From: Massalongia carnosa | Taxonomy: Eukaryota | NCBI GenBank assembly: GCA_965645245.1 | Contig: OZ287085.1 | Span: forward strand, 434,001 to 498,000 | Length of the DNA: 64,000 nucleotides | Direction of reading: 5' to 3' | Part shown: piece by piece, positions 60,322-64,000 of the stretch | Layout: the number at the start of each line of letters is the position of its first letter | Position numbering within the stretch: position 1 is the first letter of the stretch | Notes under the pieces: generated by a model | Told to the model about the DNA's origin: nothing | Database searches by the model: none | The model's input: the letters and a program-made list of their open reading frames with translations, nothing else | Position numbers and translations under genes: made by a program

Positions 60322-60743
60322 CGTGATACAATGACCTCCTCCTCCTCCGTCTCGTATTCCCTTTCATGGCCATCATATATAGCAACGATGTGATCCTCCA
60401 AATCCTCTTCGGTATCCTCTACCACCTCTTCAACAGGGTTCAGGAATTCGTCAATACGCATGACGCTTTGTATATGACCACGGTCTTCCAAACGCCGTAT
60501 TGTAGCTTGTATCTGTTGTCGTTGCTCCGTTTCATGCTCTTGGGCCCGAGTCTCATTGAGATAGTCATAGTTCTCCGCCTCTTCTCGAGTCATTGACCCA
60601 TATTTTGCCCCGATTACACGGGATTTCAGCCAACAATTAGAGATAGTTAACTGAGTAACATCGTAATTTCAGGCGGCTACGCATCAACTAATTGTCATCA
60701 ATACGTTGATTTTTAACGGATCCATATCTGCGTTGTATTCGGA
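60322..60743 (-). mobile_element. Internal fragment of the same pogo/Tigger family, inverted relative to 58596-59016
   Basis: ORF 60207-60593 matches ORF 58748-59131 (MTRxEAExYxYLNETRAQE...). Confidence 0.9.
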
Positions 60744-60999
60744 AGTCTTGTACTCTATTCGGGATAACTGAGATATGCAACAGCACTAGTAGGGGTTTAC
60801 CCGAAGTTTGACTGATAATCTTCTGATTAGCATTGCCAGTCTTCCTTATCGAATTTGGCTGCAGTATCTTCAGAGCACTGATAATTGCAAGCAACGGCCG
60901 AATTAATGGTTTAAAGAATTGAAGCTATAGAAAGCTTTGGTGCTTAGACCCCGCCCGCTAGTCCGGCTCAATGCTATATTATACATGATGTAGTATATA

Positions 61000-63075
61000 A
61001 AGCAGTCAATCTCGCCTTCCAGGAGGTCTCACTATCCTCCCAGAAGCCGTATATACTGGCAATACCGTCACAGCGTCCTTGATTTTATGGTTTCCCTCAC
61101 TTCGGGCCTTGGCTGACTTCCTGCCTCTTTTACCTCTCATCCCTTTACCCCTAACATCCTGTACCTCAGTCTGTATAGCGAACTCCGGGTCCTCATTCTC
61201 TAAGCAAGGCTCTGGCGGAGCATGTGTTGAAGGGTCTAAATCGATCGAAATTGGCTGAATAGCCTGTGCCTTCTTATTTGTCTTGTTTTTAAAACATTGA
61301 GGTTTGGGCTCTGCAATGAGGCTTCACACAGATTTCCAGGCCTTTTAGACCTCCTTCTCTGGTTTATCTGCACGCTTCTTCTGCTCCTCTGTGTGCTTCT
61401 TCATCTTTCGTTCTTCGAGGACGTCATGATTCATTATACGTCCTTTATCGAGCTGTTGATTTGAACGTTTGGTCTTCTCCTTTTTACACTGCTGATTCTC
61501 CAACAATTCAGTATTTGTAGTCTCTAGTAACACCTTCTCGACGTACGCTTTTGATCCAGCCTTGCCTAGCTTCATAATCTCTTGCTGGTTCTCATCGATA
61601 GCTTTGTGGACGATTTTATCGAATTCAGCTGCATTTCTTGAAGTCTTGGTAGGAGCGGATATAGTGACGCCATCCGACGATCGGAAGTATACTTCTGGTG
61701 GCGTATACGGCCTTAGAGTAACAGTGTTTATCACATCTTTCGGCTGTGGCAATGTCTTCAAAAGAGTCTCTGGATCCAGAGGAAATAGAAGTGCTTTCTG
61801 CCAAGCATTGAGAATAGTAGTGAGTTTGACTGTCTCACTCCGAGCTCGTTGATATAAATCAATGAAATCGAGACTCCCCAGTGGCTGAAAGAAACCCTCA
61901 TCTAACGGCTAAAGGACGTGAGTCGTGTGAGCTGGAAGGCAAGCAAGAATAATCTTCTCATTGATACAGAATTGAATAACTTCCGACGTAATATGAGAAG
62001 CATGCCCGTCGAGAATAAGCAAGCGATATTCGCCTTGCTGTCGCTTCTTCGAATATGAATCAAATACACGTTTAAACCATTCGAAAGCGAGTCTATTATT
62101 GGTCCAGCCCTTACCACTGATAACGATGTTTTTAACTCGCTTCAATTCATTCATTCAGGCCTTACCACTGATAACGATGTTTTTAACTCGCTTCAATTCA
62201 TTCATTCAGGCCTTCCTTTGAGTCTTTGCTTTAAAGATGACGAAAGCAGAAAGAAGTGCTCCATCTGCAGAGATACATTCAAGAAGAGACACCCATTCCC
62301 GGCTCCCATTCTGACACATGTATGCATTGAGGTTTGCCTTTGAAATCACTACTTTCTGCTTGCCTGCTTGACCTATTGCAAAGCCCTTCTCGTCCATAGT
62401 ATATACGTCTCTTTTTTCAATGTTGTATTGCTTCATTGTGTCCGAAAAGAGCTTAAACCAATGATTGATTGTTTCGTAATTGACTGCGTTGATGCGCTCT
62501 TTATCTAACGAAGTGCAAAAGCGAGATTTTAACGAATGATGTCAATTCAAGAACTTCTCCACCCAGTGACATCCCAATGGGGTATGATTTCCTCTTTTTT
62601 TGAGAATCTCTTCTGCTTGTAAATTGATTCGATAAATCATTGGAGGGAAGCCCTATTTGGCCAATAATTCGATCCACTTTACTAAGCATTCCTCCTCAAT
62701 GAAAGTGAGGCGTGTTGGATGTTAGATGATGAGGCCACCATCATCATGGGCATCCATCATGAGCCTCGGGAGGTGCCTTGCAAAGTGCCTAAACAAGCAG
62801 AGATGAGAGACAAGGTCTGACCGTCAGGGGACAAGGTCTGACCGTCAGGAGGACAAGGTCTGACCGTCAGGGGGACAAGGTCTGACCTCCTAGATGTGAC
62901 CGTTTTGTGACTGCTATATAAAGCAGACAAATAGCCCACATAGATAATCACCTTCAATGACAATCATGCTACTATACCTACAAAGTGAATTTATATTTCA
63001 TAAGGCGTTGTTGGGCTTGATGAGCATTGTGATGAGATAATGTTTCAGATATCTTCCTGATCGTATGATAATAGC
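61000..63075 (-). mobile_element. Degenerate Fot1-like (pogo group) transposase, interrupted by a family Z repeat
   Basis: YTMDEKGF, SREWVSLLECISADG, KGWTNN, LLILDGHASH, LPAHTTHVL*PLD; tandem duplication of about 50 bp at 62110-62212; termini not found. Confidence 0.85.
62720..63000. mobile_element. LTR-like repeat family Z with 21-bp internal tandem repeats
   Basis: TG...CA; GACAAGGTCTGACCGTCAG x3-4 at 62809-62886; homologs at 37482 and 63865. Confidence 0.78.
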
Positions 63076-63080
63076 TGTAC

Positions 63081-63864
63081 TCATATTACTTCTAGCTTTT
63101 CTTCAACTTTCACACGCTTGACGGAACCGAGCTCGCCGTATTGCCTGTGTTTTGTAATCTTGTATCTTCTTTTGAAAGAATCCAGCCATTCAATAGAGAA
63201 TCTGAAAGGTGATTGATTAACGGTACAGAGGCAATCGTTTCCAAATTTCAAGGCCATTTCTCTTAACAAATCGCCCGACAAAGGCGCTCTTTTGCGTTGA
63301 ATGCGCTGTTGCCACTCAAATAAGGCCGTTTCTAATTCAGGCCAATGTGCAATTCGAGTTTTCTTCAGATTCGGGCGTAGCAATGCGTGAGATGTATCCA
63401 GATAAGCCCATTTATGTGAGAGGATTTTGGAAACTTGTCCTTTGTCAATTTTATGACGGTAAAGATTATCAAACCAAACGACCAGTTTTTCGTATTTCTT
63501 GTCATCTCCAGATACAGCATGATCTTGATAACGCTGTCGTAATGCTCGTCGTTGATCGTCGGTAAAGGCGTCACGCTTTTTTCTGCTTCTCTCTCTGGGA
63601 GAAAGCGGGGATGTGGGACGTTTTCGAGGATTTCGAGATGGAGGAGATGAAGTCTCCGGATTTTGACTATTATCTCTCAAAGAAGTCTAAGGGAAAGTCA
63701 TATTTACTATAAGAAGTCACCGCAAAATTTTTAGAGAAAGTTAAGAAACTTTCTAATAGAGCGAGGTTTCTTATCCCTCATCAGAAAAAAACCAGTCTTT
63801 TCGTCCGAGTTTCTTACTAGCCGAGGTTTCTTAATCAGCAGTTTCTTATAACCGGATCTGACTG
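63081..63864 (-). mobile_element. 5' part of the pogo/Tigger element: TIR plus CENP-B-type HTH ORF (63081-63680)
   Basis: Terminus CAGTCAGATCCGGTT with TA, matching the end at 59280; subterminal GTTTCTTA repeats; WPELETALFEWQ..PLSGDLLREMA..FSIEWLDSFKRRY. Confidence 0.9.
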
Positions 63865-64000
63865 TAATTATCTATGTGGGCTATCTACCTGCTTTTATAG
63901 CAGTCACAAAAAGCAGCCACGTAACAATGATGCTGTAGGCCTCCCATAGCTGCCTGTAAGGCACCTCCATAACTGCCTATTAGGCACCTCTTATAGGTGC
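63865..64000. repeat. Diverged family Z-related repeat, runs off the window
   Basis: ATTATCTATGTGGGCTAT..TATAGCAGTCACAAAA matches the reverse complement of 62903-62950. Confidence 0.65.

Overview
Eukaryotic, most likely filamentous ascomycete DNA (fungal-type GT..CTRAY..AG introns, chromoviral gypsy, Tad1-like LINEs, pogo/Fot1). The window is mostly a stack of nested transposable elements whose order of insertion can be read from intact target-site duplications (TSDs). It holds four gypsy/chromovirus copies from two families, two copia elements, a copia-type TRIM with its solo LTRs, several other solo-LTR families, a DD34E Tc1 element, two LINE fragments, pogo/Fot1 remnants and two MITE families. 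Non-TE genes are few: the 5' end of a probable NACHT/STAND (NLR-like) gene, a single-pass Ser/Thr-rich membrane protein gene with a premature stop, an intact HNH-domain gene and a truncated FunK1/Sgk2-type kinase pseudogene. The most unusual items are (i) a Tc1/mariner-type DD37E element with CAC...GTG ends and a 5-bp non-TA TSD, (ii) a two-copy 4-5 kb CATCGGG-ended element with a 2-bp variable TSD that carries a spliced non-transposase gene, and (iii) antisense accessory ORFs in the gypsy 3' regions, one with an intron and a Cys-rich motif. All family assignments come from motif recognition by eye; no database search was run.
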